A stretch of 64,000 nucleotides of DNA from Raillietiella orientalis (taxonomy: Eukaryota), in assembly GCA_036172245.1 (NCBI GenBank), contig JAYWIR010000001.1, forward strand, positions 8,370,001 to 8,434,000. The letters run 5' to 3'. This document shows, piece after piece, positions 51,170 to 64,000 of this stretch. Within the stretch, counting starts at the first letter, position 1. The number at the start of each line of letters is the position of its first letter. Made by a program: the position numbers and the translations under genes. Below the pieces are notes generated by a model. The model had not been told where the DNA came from and searched no databases. It worked only from the letters and a program-made list of their open reading frames with translations.

Positions 51170-51992
51170 GTGAGCTGTGGAGAGCTGCTCGGCATACCTC
51201 CGGGGGAGGTCAAGTGGTCCCCACCGTGTTGTAACAGCGGCACCCTCTTTCTCAAGTGGCAGGAGTTGGCGTTGTTGGTGTTGTATGGGGGAATCCCATG
51301 CGAAGAGCGCCTTCACCACAGGACACGGGGAATTGCAGGTGCTGAATAGGGAGGGAGGACCCTCTTGGACCTGCTGTTGGACTGTGCTGCTCTCTGACCC
51401 CTTTGGAATCGCTTCACGACGATCCTAGGTGATCCTAAGTATCCCGATAGACAGCCCCAGGTACATTTTCATACGCCTCTTCCCGCGTGCCGCACTGCCG
51501 TCAGCCGCATCCCTTGCAAATCTCTGCTGTCTTCGCGGGATCGTGGGAGCCTGGAACGCAGGGAGAAGAGGCCAAAATGCAAGGGACGCTGTCCACTGAT
51601 CGGGAATCTTCTTGAGGACCGCCTCGAGATGGCCCCACCTGGTCGGAATACGGACAGAACTTGCCAACATCCTGAACAGGATGCAAAGGACGCCGGCAGC
51701 GTACTGTGACTCCTTCCTTGCCTCTCACCCCCTTCTCGTGTAAAATTTCCCCTCCCTCGTTTTGTTTGTTTGCGTTTGTTTTCCCTTCCCCTACGCTGCC
51801 GAAGCGGACCTCGCCGGTCTGCGTACCTCTCTCCAGAAGGTTCATTGCACGTGGTAGAACCAAGGTTCCTACCACACAAATGTACCTTTTATTGCTTTAT
51901 GAAATAAATGCTCCGGTATAACCGAGTGATAATCATCCTAGACCAATAGTAAAGATCCCTATGAGGTGGGTACTGGCCTCAAAAAAAAAAAA
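51170..51992 (+). mobile_element. L1/Tx1-like LINE 3' fragment, copy 5; inverted relative to copy 4; ends in an A-run
   Basis: GELLGIPPGEVKWSP...LKWQELALLVLYGGIPCEERLHHRTRG; WPHLVGIRTELANILNRMQRTP; shared 3' UTR; A-run at 51981-51992. Confidence 0.75.
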
Positions 51993-54799
51993 GGAAAAAA
52001 TTTTGCGATAGACAGAGGAAAGGAACGCAGAAAGAACTGTGAGCTAAAATGGATCCATGTTGTTATTTTAAATATCCGTGGCAATCACGAGGAAAAACTG
52101 TATTAAAATACACCTGCAGCGTATTTAGTAGAGAAGGCTGTCACCAGGGAGGGCTGCTATCGCACGGTGATCTACGGAAATAAAACGAGATGGAGCTAAG
52201 ATTCCTCTTGTTCTCCCATCTACACTGCCAAGTCGACCACGGAATCCGTTCGTGTGGGAGGATTCAGGAAAGAATCGCATTAACACCGTCAAAAAGGCGC
52301 ACCCTGACGACAGGTCGACGATTCGGGCAGTAGGATTTCTGAAAACAGCAGACCCCATATTCTCGATGCTGGACACGACACTCGCAATTCCAAAGGATGC
52401 ATACGTGGTACGCGACACACTGAACGTCCCGCTGCGTGACGCAAGCGTGACGTCAACGCGCGCCGTCAGTATGACGTCCCAACAGTGCCGAGCCAATGGA
52501 AACCAGCCTGCCTCGCGTCCGCCTTCGCAGCGAAACGTGCGAGACGCGAAACCGCACCGGGCAACCGCACTGGCTCGCAGTTTTTAACCCTTTGGGTGGG
52601 GAGGTCATCAGACAGGTCATAGATGGAAACGTTCCCTGTGGACGGCACGCGAGTCGCGGTGGTGCCGCCGCGTCGTGACCGGGTGGAAAACCTCTGTGGA
52701 CGGAAGGTTCCTCGCGTACCGCGGTCGAGCTACCGATCGACCCTATAAGGTGCTCATTACAGCCACCATTATACTTTGCTTACACCACATTGAATAAAAT
52801 ATCTTCATATCTCCCGAACATCTCATTGTTACTTATTGAAAAAGTGCAATTCTGATTCCAACAAAATCGATAGCTCTGTTCCCCATTCTAACGCATAATT
52901 CTTTTTTTCCTTTTACTAAAGAATTCATTTGGGTGTGGTACAATATTAGCAATCATTTACGACATACCTGTAGTATGATGCTATTTTTTCGGAGAGGTGG
53001 CTCTCTGAAAAACCGAGAAATCGTCAGCCGATATAAACAGAGTTGCGTTTACTGTCGTTGCCAAGGTGATTACAAGAACGTAAATGTATGTGTTGTTCAC
53101 CTCAAACATGGACAGTGTCGACCTGTGTCGCGCGTATAAAGTAAAAAACATTTGCCAAATCGAGTCCATAGTGCACGCCGATAATTTTCGTCAGAACGCA
53201 CAGATGCGTCCACAGCACTCAAAAGGTTGACGAAGAACGCGCATCCGTGGTCAGTCGGCGGACGCGAAAGAGCTTCTGTTTCGAAAATGCGAAAAGGATG
53301 CCGCCTTGCAGGCCAGCATCCTTAACCGCCAAATCAACTCGAACCTCCACCCTCCACCCCCACCCCACCCCGCCCCGCCCCCATCAAACACCATGAAACG
53401 GATCGCTCCTCCTCGTGCAAGCTGATGGCTTTCAACCACACAGGTGCGCGCCTTAAGATAAGATGCGTCCCTGTGTCTTAAGATAAGACCATGAAGGTAT
53501 CCCATGAGAAACCATTGCCACATCATCTTTGGCCCTCAGAGATAAGCCCAGGCCCGATTTGTGACTTCCAATCTCACTCGGCATCCCCGCAGTTTTAACC
53601 GAGTTCCACCGATGACCTGCGGAGTGCGGATGGCAAGTACAAAATGCCGAGGTAGGATATAAGGAAGGACTGCTTCCTGTCGCTCGAAGCAAGAGCTCCC
53701 ATTTCGTGCAGCTCGCAGTCGGACCCGTCAGTGGAGTTGCCAAGTGAGCATTCCTGTGCTCACCAAAGACTCAGGAGATGGGAAATCTTGGGGATTCTTT
53801 TTCTCATCAGCTCGACTGAATTCCGTTTTGGGTTGCGCTATAGGAGTGCTCGGTGACCCGGAGGGATGCGGCAAGGAGTACGGCTTCATCTCTCAAATGG
53901 GGCGTCATGAGATAGTGTGCCCTCGAAAATTTGTTGTGACAAGTTCCAGGTTTACAATGGCCTGCCTGAGAAGGAGAACGGCTACCCACTCTTTTTTTTT
54001 TCTTCCTATGAATCAAACAGACCAGTGGAAACTGAACGATCGAATGAGAAAGAATGAGGGAGTGAAAGCAGTGCATTTAGAATTGCTTTGCTTTGATCGA
54101 GTTTGAGCCTGCCTCCAGAGTCACGATCCCGAAATCCCAACTACAGGACTACTGCTACAGGGATGATGAGATGGTATCCCAAAGCAGTCATCTTTCAGAT
54201 TCAGATTTAGAGAACTCCGATAGTGGACAGAGTGTCGCTCGATTCCAAATAGAAGAACCGCTACGCATAAGCTGGAACCTCAATCAGCTGAAGGGAAAAT
54301 TTTGGACTGAAATCCTCAGAAAGGACCGAAGAAGGCACAGAAAACGGCATTCACCGGCAAGTGAGAACCTAAGTGGGATGACAAATGCAGACAAGAGACA
54401 TCATCATCAAAGCACTGATGACTCTACTAGCCTGTGATCAAACGGCGCTGGAAATAAGTCTGATGTGATTCCACGTGCCGTGATGAACTGAACTAAGAAG
54501 AATGTCATGCCAAACACGCATGCAAAGCTGACTCACAGACACTGAAATCTGAGCTTGAGGAACAAATGGAAGAGCAGAAATCATTTTGAAGAATCAACTT
54601 GATCTGGGGAGAGAAAACCATTGACGTACTGAGACAAGCGTTCTCCGGAGGTCCACACACTTGCAACTTCGTAGCCTGTAGAGATCCATGCTTAGGGGTA
54701 AACGAATTCTCCACATTCCTCGTGAGCACGTGAGGATTCCTAACCGGTGCTCCGAGGAAAGAGTATCCCATCCCAATACTTTGCAAGCACTGAATCTCT

Positions 54800-55190
54800 T
54801 GGTTTAATGATTAGTTTCTAGTCTTATATACTCCTCTGCTCGATCACTTCCGAACGTTTTTAGCTACTCATTGGAAAACCTCTGATGGAATAAAAACTAA
54901 AATGCTTCGAACTTCGTATGTCGTCGACACTCTTGGAAAATGACGCAACGGTCCCTCTTCCAGTAGAAGAGATTTCAACTTGATCTGAAGTCCTTTTCAT
55001 TTTCTGGTAGGAAGTGTGTCGCTCACTTAAAAGCTCATTGCAATCGTGTGCCTTCAAGTTAAAGCGTTTATTGGATAAATGGCAAGGAATAATATCTCAC
55101 TCGAAAACGATGATGAATTTTCAACCCATACGTTGAAATTTCAAGTTTGCACAAGAGTGTCAATTTTTCAAATGCTCCGTTTGAACAGCA
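54800..55190 (-). mobile_element. Possible hAT (Buster/Charlie/GTF2IRD2-type) transposase N-terminal remnant
   Basis: Fragments FNVW, NKRFNLKAH (cf. KEYNLRRHY), IKLKS and VAKNVRK occur in the expected order but across several frames. Confidence 0.3.
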
Positions 55191-56670
55191 AATGAACAGG
55201 CACCACTTTTTCCTTCCAACTTTTGCAGTTGCTTGCTTGCAGTCAGAATTCAGGTTGCATTCCTTCGCGCTGTTTCAATGACGATTAAGCGTTTCTAAAC
55301 TTTCGGCCGGACGCAGTGCCTTCTTATAATTGTCATCATGAAATGAAGACCCAGATGCTGCGACTTTGCCTCAATATTCGTGTATATCGTTTAGAAAAAT
55401 CCCATTGTGATCACCTAAGGTACTGCAGAATAAACTCTAATCCTAGAACTTTTATTTCTATAATATTCAGTAACTAATAGCTTCAAAAGAGTAGGAGGAA
55501 AAGATCCTTTTAACACTGTCCCTATATGAAATATCAGAATTCTCTAAGGAATGAAAATTTTGCTCCTCTCGACAATTGTATTAAAGCCTTACACACTTTT
55601 GTGCATCTAAACAGTCCTAAACTATCGATATTGAGCACAAGTATGTAACATAGTTGTAATTATTGCTTATTTCATAAAACGATAAGTACAAAATTGCAGT
55701 GCTCTAATAGTGTTGGGAACAGTAAAGCGTTTCTGTTCTATTTATGTCCTTAGACTTTTAGCAAAACTGAATAATGAGAATCAGTTTAATGAAACGTGGA
55801 TAAAAATGAAGCCTCATTAATGCTTAATGAAAGCCTTTGAATTATGAATTAATGCCTTGTACTGTCGATGAAAGTTGTATTCTAAAGGCAGTTGCATCAC
55901 TAGAACGAAAATATCAGCATCAAATAATTTCATTAATTAGACATAATTTTATGTTAAGGCATAGTATAATCGCATTACTATTGTACATCACATTAGTAAC
56001 TCACTATCCCAGCTTGTAGCTATTTGCCTTTTTCTAAAGAAATGAAATCTCATCCGTTATTTACTGACTGATTATTTATTTCATGTAAAAAAAATATATA
56101 TATATGTATTTTCTCAGAATATACTTGTAAGTGTGGTTGGGTCTATTTCGTTTGCAGAATTATTTGGTTAATTTCTTTTATAATTCGTAGAAATGGACTT
56201 ATTGATTTTAAAGCAATGGAGCTGCTTTTTTTTACATCCATCGTCACACATGATAATGACCGTTTACAATACAGCATAAGTCGTACACATGCATTCCACC
56301 CGATGTATTGCTAAATCAACATTTAATGCCGAATGTTCAAAAAGTTAATACAGGAATTTACCACTGGAAATCCAATGTTGTGGAACAGTTGAAACCTCCG
56401 CCGACGCAACGCTATTAAGGATCCAAAAGTCGAAGTTTTGATGGTTTGGCTACGTCTTTGACAAAAATCTCCATCTGGCAATTATGCATCATCATTTTTT
56501 AAATTCGTGTAGTGTCGATTGAGTGTTGATCCAAATGTTTCCTTGCACTGTCAACCTAATGAAGACATCATCAAAAATAACGTGATATTTGAATTGAAGA
56601 AGGTTATGAAACTTGAATCCTTAAATGTTATTTATGAGAAATTTTAACAGGAATTTAATTGTATATCATC

Positions 56671-59600
56671 ATGCCCAAAAATTCAGAAGCCAACGTGTAC
56701 TTGAATATATATGATATGGTAAAGTGTATTTGATAGTCTGCTTCGTTGTTTCAGATTCAAATCATTTACTATGAAAGTGGTTTGGGGGATAAATACTCAA
56801 TTCGATGAGGCTTCAAATCAATATTCTTTGCATAGTGAAGAATACGTTTAAATGCTATTGTTTGTTTAGGTTTAAACGATATTGTTTATCCAGGCATTTA
56901 TTTTTATTCACCACACGGTTTTGCTGTGGAGTGCTAAAATTTAACAAAGTTTGTGCATGTGTGTTCAACTAGTGTATTCATTTAGCATCCACGAACATAA
57001 TTGTTTGAGTTTAGATAATAGGCTTTTTAAAATGTTTCATTCCTTAAATTGATAAATTTTAACTTCAATAACATTGAGTCCCCACACTTGCTGAGCTTGC
57101 GTAGTATTTTATATTTGCAGATATTGTCTTATTTATAGATAGTCGAAACCTAATCAGTGTCACTATTAAAAAATTTGCGGCACGCGTGCTTTCATACACA
57201 ATCACCCACGCAAATACCCTGAGCAAAAAACGAATGAATGGATATGTCATAATCTGTAACTGATATGATCAAATAATTTATTTTGTTTTAAATTGAATGC
57301 ATTTGTTAGCGTGAGTTTGGATTACATAACAATAACATTGCATTAATACAATAATGACCTGTGTAGCCAGGCCAAAAAAGTAATATAACATTTTGCCTTA
57401 TCCGGTAATTTCCAAGTTGTGAATAAATCACGACCAAATGCACACTTGTCAACTATTGCTGATATTAATGTTTGAATATTACTGATACATATTTTTTTTT
57501 AGTATTGGATCAATGCCTATACATCCGTAATTGGTCTTGGAATCTTTCATTCTGGCTTAGAGATTTATGGAGTGGGTAAGATTCATTACTCAGCAACAGT
57601 AAATGAACAAACTACTTGCTTTAAATATCAACATATCAACTTTCATTACATTTGCAAAAACGTGTTCAGTTGAAATGAAAATTATGGTTGTTTATAAGAA
57701 ATGAAAACATTTTGTTTTATGGTAGAATATGCCTATGGAGGTCATCCATTTGACATGAGTGGAATTTTTGAAACTGTGCCTCGTAATGCATCTGATTTAG
57801 GAGAAAGATTCAAGTTTAGGTGAGTGTTCAGAAAATTGAGAAATTATTTTAATCAAATTGTTACTTTGGGCCCTGTATGTTTCTAATATATCCTTGTAAG
57901 TAGAAATACCAATAAAGAGTTTTAGAAAAATGTTTCATTATTTTGGAAATTTAATATTTATGCAGTACAATATTTGCTTTTATAGCTTTGTGCATTTTTA
58001 TGTTTCAATAGTTTTATTTTGAATAACAAAAAACATTGTAGAGCATTGTTTGTGAACAAACACTTTTTCATTTTTGAAAGAATCTTTAAGACTTTGAAGC
58101 TTCTTTCAAAGTTGTTAGTGATGATAAATATGAAATTACGTTTAATTTTGGAAGGAAGGGAGATGGGACACAGTTTCAATCTTTTATTATGTACTCAACA
58201 TTCAAGAGTATCAAAAAGTACCTGCTGTAAAAGCAACTACCAAGTATTTGATGCCTTGAAGACATATGATCTGCAATAATATTTTGAAAGATTTTTTTCT
58301 AATGATTCAACTGATCAAACTGGTACCAACATGAAAATTGTTTATAAATTTTGGCATTGAATCTCTAATTTGGAATTGTCTAATTTGGAACAGAATCACT
58401 TTCAATCACCTTCAAGTATGAAATAGTTGTTGAAAAACTATGGTTGTATCAATAAAGTGGAACTTTGATATGAATAATAGGTACAAAAAGTATCAGTTAT
58501 GAATCAACACTAACATGAAATATAGATTTCAGAAAGTAAGCTCATTACAAAACTGACACTCTTATATCTCTTATATATATGATTCTTATGTATATAATTC
58601 TATCTCAATTCAAAAAAAAAAATAAAACAAAATGAGAAGGGAAAAGGTGTTCAAGAATCAGAGTTTAACAAAGAGTGTTTCAGACTAATGGGAGATGCTA
58701 AATGATGAAAACATAAATGTGTGCTCAAAGAATGAATGGTATGAAATCAAGGAAACCTAACTAAAAACCACAAAAAGGATCTTTTTGCATTAGGGAAAAA
58801 AAAAGAGAACCTTTGGATAAGAAGCTAACTTACATGCATTTATCAGAGTGTATGCAAGTATTGATGTGATAGAGATAGATCACGATGGGAAACCAAACTT
58901 GTGGTTGCTGAGAGCTTGGGCAATAACTTTCTACCCATGAGAAGCAAACTTATGTGTATAGATGGAGCAAAATCCTTATATGGTTATCTTAAAAATCTTC
59001 AGTGTGGTATATCAAATCAAATTCCTAATTGTCAAGAACTTAAAAAGGAGTGTTAAATCCTTCATTATTAATTAGCTTGTATAACTCAAAATTGTGAACT
59101 CTGAAACATCACAGACTCTGTCAGAAGATTAAAGCAAATCAAGAAACGAAAAAAAGGAAAAAAAATTGGAGACAAGTCATCAGAAAACAGATAGTGCTAA
59201 AATGGTATATTCAATAAGCTTCTGTTGATGTTAGATGAAGTTAATTCTTAATGAAAAGAGTTAATTTTTATGCATATTTTTACATTCATTAAATTCAGAA
59301 AGGGTTGCAATCAAGTTTATCATGGCAATAAATAAATAAGCATGAGAATATTTAACATGAGCTCTCAAGGGATCTTTTTTGATTGCATTTATTTTAGTGG
59401 TGATACATTCATCAAAGATATGAAAAATCCAAAGTTATAAAGCTTACCTTACAAAATTAGTGAAAATAAACTAATCTTAGAAGTTTTTCCTTCCGAACTT
59501 TGATTTAAATGCTACTGAACACTGTTATTCTTCACCGTATTCTTCTGTCTAATAAAGGTGTCAAAATTCTAATTTTAAGTACTCAGTAGGAAGAAAGTAT

Positions 59601-62113
59601 CTGAAAGGAACATACTATGGAAAATTGAACAGCATTGATTGAAACCATGATTTTATACTTACATATTAAAAATCAAGCATGTCATTACTATTCCTTCCAT
59701 TTCTCGTATCCATGGTAGCATATTTCTGCCTTGCTTTTACACATTTTAGATTCTTATGTAGCAAAGATTTAGTACACCCGTATTTGGATACAATGGAAAC
59801 TTCAGAATTTTTCATTTCCAAATTCATTTCAGTCATCCAATTTCAAATTGTTCTTTCATTGTTGCAATCTCCAGCATGCATGTTTTGCCTTATGCTTGTT
59901 TTTAGAAGGTAAAATATGACCTTATCAATTTTTCATTCTATCTGCCAACCATTTTCTCAAAACCCATTTCCACTTGCATTCGGTGATATCGAGTGGACTT
60001 CATTTTTTTGTGGATTATATTTGTTCTAGAGCTTGAGATTCTATTTTGATCAAATCAACTGAGTAAACATCACTAACTTGCCCAACCCAAGTAAATTAAA
60101 GATGAAATAGAAGTAAAAAAATGTCTAAATGCTACGCTGCAGATTTTCAGCATTAATAGCAGGTGTTGATGTCTGTTGGTTTTCATAGCGTGGTACAGAT
60201 ATGATGCAGACTTTTCCTCACATCCACAACCAATCAGATATAAAATGCTGTTTGTTTTCAGTTCAAGAAATCGAATCGCTTTAATTAAAGCATTGTCTGT
60301 ACACAGTTTAGGTTACCAAAATAGTTTTTTAACAACTTTTTACGACTTTTCCAAAATATGCTGCATTATGAAGTCAGTGGAATAGTTCCTAAAGAGTTGA
60401 ACACAAAAGCTATTTGAGGATTAAGCACCTAGGATTGCATCTTTACTATTTCAAATGTATTTTCGTGTGAGTAGTTTTATTACAATTCCAAATGGTAACA
60501 AATCATAAACAGAGCAAATCAAATAAATAGATCATCGCTTACTTGCCAAATTGAATGACAAAGCTTTCGGTATTTTCATCATGGAAATTTTACTCTATCC
60601 TGTGTGGAGTGGTCACATAAATGAGTGAAGTTCTTATCAATGATTTTGTAAATTTGTTTTTTCGAGGAAATAGGAAACAAGTACAGTGAATCAATTAAAG
60701 AAAAGCAATCTTTGTAATTGGTCCATTTGACATGTACTTCCCTCCCAATTCTCATTGGCATCATGGCAAGATGATGTCGGACTGAAGTTCATATTTCCAT
60801 CATATTGCTTTGAGCACTGGCAACGAAACAACAAACGAAACATCTTTTGATTTGAAAAAATGAAACAAATTGCCTTTTGTTCCGAATTACAGCTTTTTAA
60901 GTTATTGATTCATTAGAATTGTTTTCATATTTTTTTTTTAATGTTATCATAAAACCAGGTAGTCTGTCATGATTTCGCTGATGTTTGCTGCTAGAATTTC
61001 ACTTCAATGCCTTTTGATCACGAAATTTCCATAATCCTAGAACCCTAATGGCTATCCTCATAGGACAGCCAGCATTATTTAAGTAAATAGCGAAAAGCGG
61101 TAACACATTCACGTGCAGATATCAAAAGGTTGTATGAAAAACGAAGCAGACCATGGATTAGTTGAGATTAGAACAGGATAACAGGCGAAGCATTTTTTAC
61201 AGGGTGAAAGAGTTAAAGCAAATAGATCCCATATGCAACATTGGATGACACAGATAATTGTTTGTTCATCTTCACTCTTACCTTATGTCCCAACTTCAGA
61301 TCCAAGTAAAACTTAGCCACCTTATTGTGTGCCGCAGTTTTCTCTTGATTTTATGACATCGGTTTTTTTTTTTCCTACGCTTTGCACCATGCACCCCTTT
61401 CTGTTCTGTATAGTGATTTGAGAAGTTTCTGTTTGTAAATGCATGAAGATATGTAATGTGTTCATCGTGATATTGATTTGTGAGGCAAGGCCCAAGTGGT
61501 ACGCCAGTGTGCTTAATAGAGGAAGAGTGAAAGCACGTTTTCAATGTAACGTTGAGTATTTGGACACTTTCGATAAATTGAACCAAACGCCCTGTGGAAC
61601 TGCTAAAAGGCCAATACGTGCACGAATAAAATCTATTGATTTAACCTCTGTACCTTGTTGCCACGAACCCATGAGTGTTGAGCAGTCATTCGTGCATCTT
61701 TGTTTTCTAGACAGCAGCTATTTCTAGGAACAACCGTATTTACTCCAAAAGACATTGCACAGATGATCGAAACCATGGGGAAAAAGTACAAAGGAAACAA
61801 GTACCATCTGGTTCATAATAACTGCAATCATTTTACTTCCGAGTTATCTATGGTTAGTGCGCCTTTCGTCAACTTGTCGATTTCTGCATGTCATGTTTTT
61901 GAAAATAAGACCACCGATATGAGGTCAATTATGGATTCTTCTAACAGTTATTTTCCGTCATAGAACTTGGTTGGAAAAGAAATACCTAACTGGGTGAATC
62001 GTTTGGCGAAATTTGGATCCTGTGTACCATTTCTGGGCAACTGTCTTCCAATTGATTGGCTTACTCCTACTGCCCTGCAACACAACGTGAATGAATGTTT
62101 CGAATCCAAGTAA
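56671..62113 (+). CDS. DESI2: Desumoylating isopeptidase 2 (PPPDE domain); exons 56671-56718, 57503-57575, 57726-57819, 61711-61852, 61964-62113, 168 aa
   Basis: [49 protein letters not shown]...FKFR|QQLFLG...[46 protein letters not shown]...WLTPTAL. Catalytic His (FHSG) and Cys (NCNHF) present. All introns GT-AG. Confidence 0.96.
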
Positions 62114-64000
62114 ATCATATTTTGTGAATAGTTGTTTGTATTACCTTTTATATTGCTAATTTTTATACATAAAGTAGTTTGACAATAAAAGAGATACCCA
62201 CTTAGAACAGTCTTTCCAGAATGGAAGTCGTAACGGAAAGTGCTCGTTTTCACTTGTTCTGTTGATTTGGAGTGCCCACTTTCAGCCCTTCACCATAGTT
62301 TCTGTCGTTTTTGTGCGTTGCCCGTCTCCATGGCAGGTTTCACCCTCCGCCTGCTTCATCTCGTGCGATCCGTAGAGAGCGACATGGGTCCACTCACTTG
62401 TCTTGCGTGATTCGGAGAGCACTCGTTTGCCTCCCGAAGTCCAGGCAGCAAGGAACCAACCCACAGTAGTAGGTTTCCTGTTTTTGCGATCTTCACCTGT
62501 TGCTGGAGGTGCTGTTGGTGGAGGCACGTCGGAACGTTCGGTTGCACGTCAATTCGTTGCAGCGTCTGCACGGTGTGCTGTTTGCAGCAGTGCCCTTGGA
62601 GGGCGTTCGGCAGATTCCCTCAAAAACCGAAAAACTGCAGAAAATGCCACTGTGTTCAAGTGTTTCGATCGTCGAAAGACAGGTTTTGGTGTTATTCCCA
62701 CCAGGATTCTCGGGAACTGTGGATGCGTATACCGATACGGCGAAGAGAAAATGCATCTGTTCGCATAATGCAGAAAATAAATAAATAAATGAAAAAAAAA
62801 AAAAAAAACGTTCTGCTCACGGGCGTTCCGACCCCGTTCTTCCCCGTTTTCCTCCGATTCCTGTAGTTAGGAATCGCTTCTTTTGAGCATACTGTCCGGG
62901 AGAAGTTTTCGCCTTCGCAGACCTTCCGTTTACTTATGCTCGAAAATCGTTGGTGCATCCAGCATGAGTTCCCGGCGTTAAAGATTTCGGGGATATTCGA
63001 TTATTAAAATTCTATTTGCATTTCCCTAATCAAGTCGAGGCGAACTGTTGTTACTTCGACTGTGGTTATTTGAGAGTTCCCCAGGAAGGAAAACGCAAGG
63101 GAAGTGGGTTGAGTTGGCGGAGGGCTAAGGGCTAAGGCCGTGCTTCCAGAATGGCGTGTCCCAGCAGCGTACGAGTTTTCCGGGAAGGTTTGCGAGAATT
63201 CCGCGAATGGTGGTTGACGACAGACGCCACTCCGCGAGTCACTTCCTTGACGAACTCAGCTGCGGTTTCCAACGAGGTTAAACTCATTTGCAGACTGTGC
63301 TTCTCCGCCCTTACCCACCTCCCACCACGCCATGGTTTCCTCCTCTCTCTCGCCCTCGCCCTCCATCTTGTTCTTTTTCTTTTCCGTTTGCTGTGATCCA
63401 GCAGGCTGCGGGACGAAGGATTCGCGGCTACAGGTTCCCCGCTCCACAGCACTCTTCGTGGCTGCACGAAGGGCATTTTTGGCCAAACCGGGAGGAGAGT
63501 ACGCGATCGTCGGTCCTCCGTGCTGCTTCGGTACAGTCGTAAGCAGCTCATCTGAAAAGCTCATTCCTGAGATACTACCGCTTGTCGTGTTTTCGCAATT
63601 TCTGATTTGCACATGGCGTTCTTCGTTTGCACGATTTCCGGCGCTTCACGATGGGTACTGGCTGGCAACATCTCGTCTTTACCCCGATCCTTTTGACTTC
63701 TCATTCTGCCCGATGCGTTGCGGTCGTTTCCCAAGCATCATTTCTCACGTTGCTCTTCCCTTCGTTCCGTTTGCTTTGAACACGCCTCCATTGGGAACAG
63801 ATTGTGGCTTCATTTTCTCGACCGCCTGGAATCCCTTGTAAATCCCCAGTGATTCTTCCAAGTCGCATCCTTGTGATCGACTCGGGCTTACTGACGCGCG
63901 TTCTCTCTCCATGTCCATTGTCCCGACAAGCGACTTCATTTCCGGTATCGCTTCCGGCTGGCTTCCTCTAGCTCGGTTGCTCTGTGTCCTATGAATCGCC

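Noticed and set aside
58600..60880. Transposase remnants in DESI2 intron 3
   Set aside because: Looks like decayed coding sequence, but no family motif could be named.
63132..64000. 3' end of a gene on - at the right edge
   Set aside because: No homology recognised and frames could not be joined convincingly.

Overview
Eukaryotic animal DNA, probably an invertebrate (arthropod-like); the organism cannot be identified from sequence alone. Five intron-containing genes could be reconstructed by hand with consistent GT-AG phases: a mu-class glutathione S-transferase (-, 3586-4514), HDHD5/CECR5 (+, 12110-13647, first exon not located), a two-exon SPMIP1/ATP6V1FNB-like gene that the ORF track splits (+, 16414-22035), a SMYD4-like TPR-MYND-SET methyltransferase (-, 33791-46405) and DESI2/PPPDE1 (+, 56671-62113). 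Between and inside these genes are many decayed mobile elements: an RLE-type (NeSL/Utopia-like) non-LTR retrotransposon, at least five fragments of an L1/Tx1-like LINE whose 3' UTRs share stem-loops, a GC-rich repeat repeatedly joined to those LINE 3' ends, a Tigger/pogo deletion derivative with TIRs, and an AT-rich foldback family. Also present are a 34-nt 5' fragment of U2 snRNA, a young ~380-bp inverted duplication, and a sharp mosaic of GC/CpG-rich and AT-rich/CpG-poor domains. No prokaryote-type system such as CRISPR is present. All homology calls come from recognising motifs by eye, not from database searches. Most of the long GC-rich ORFs in the track look spurious.
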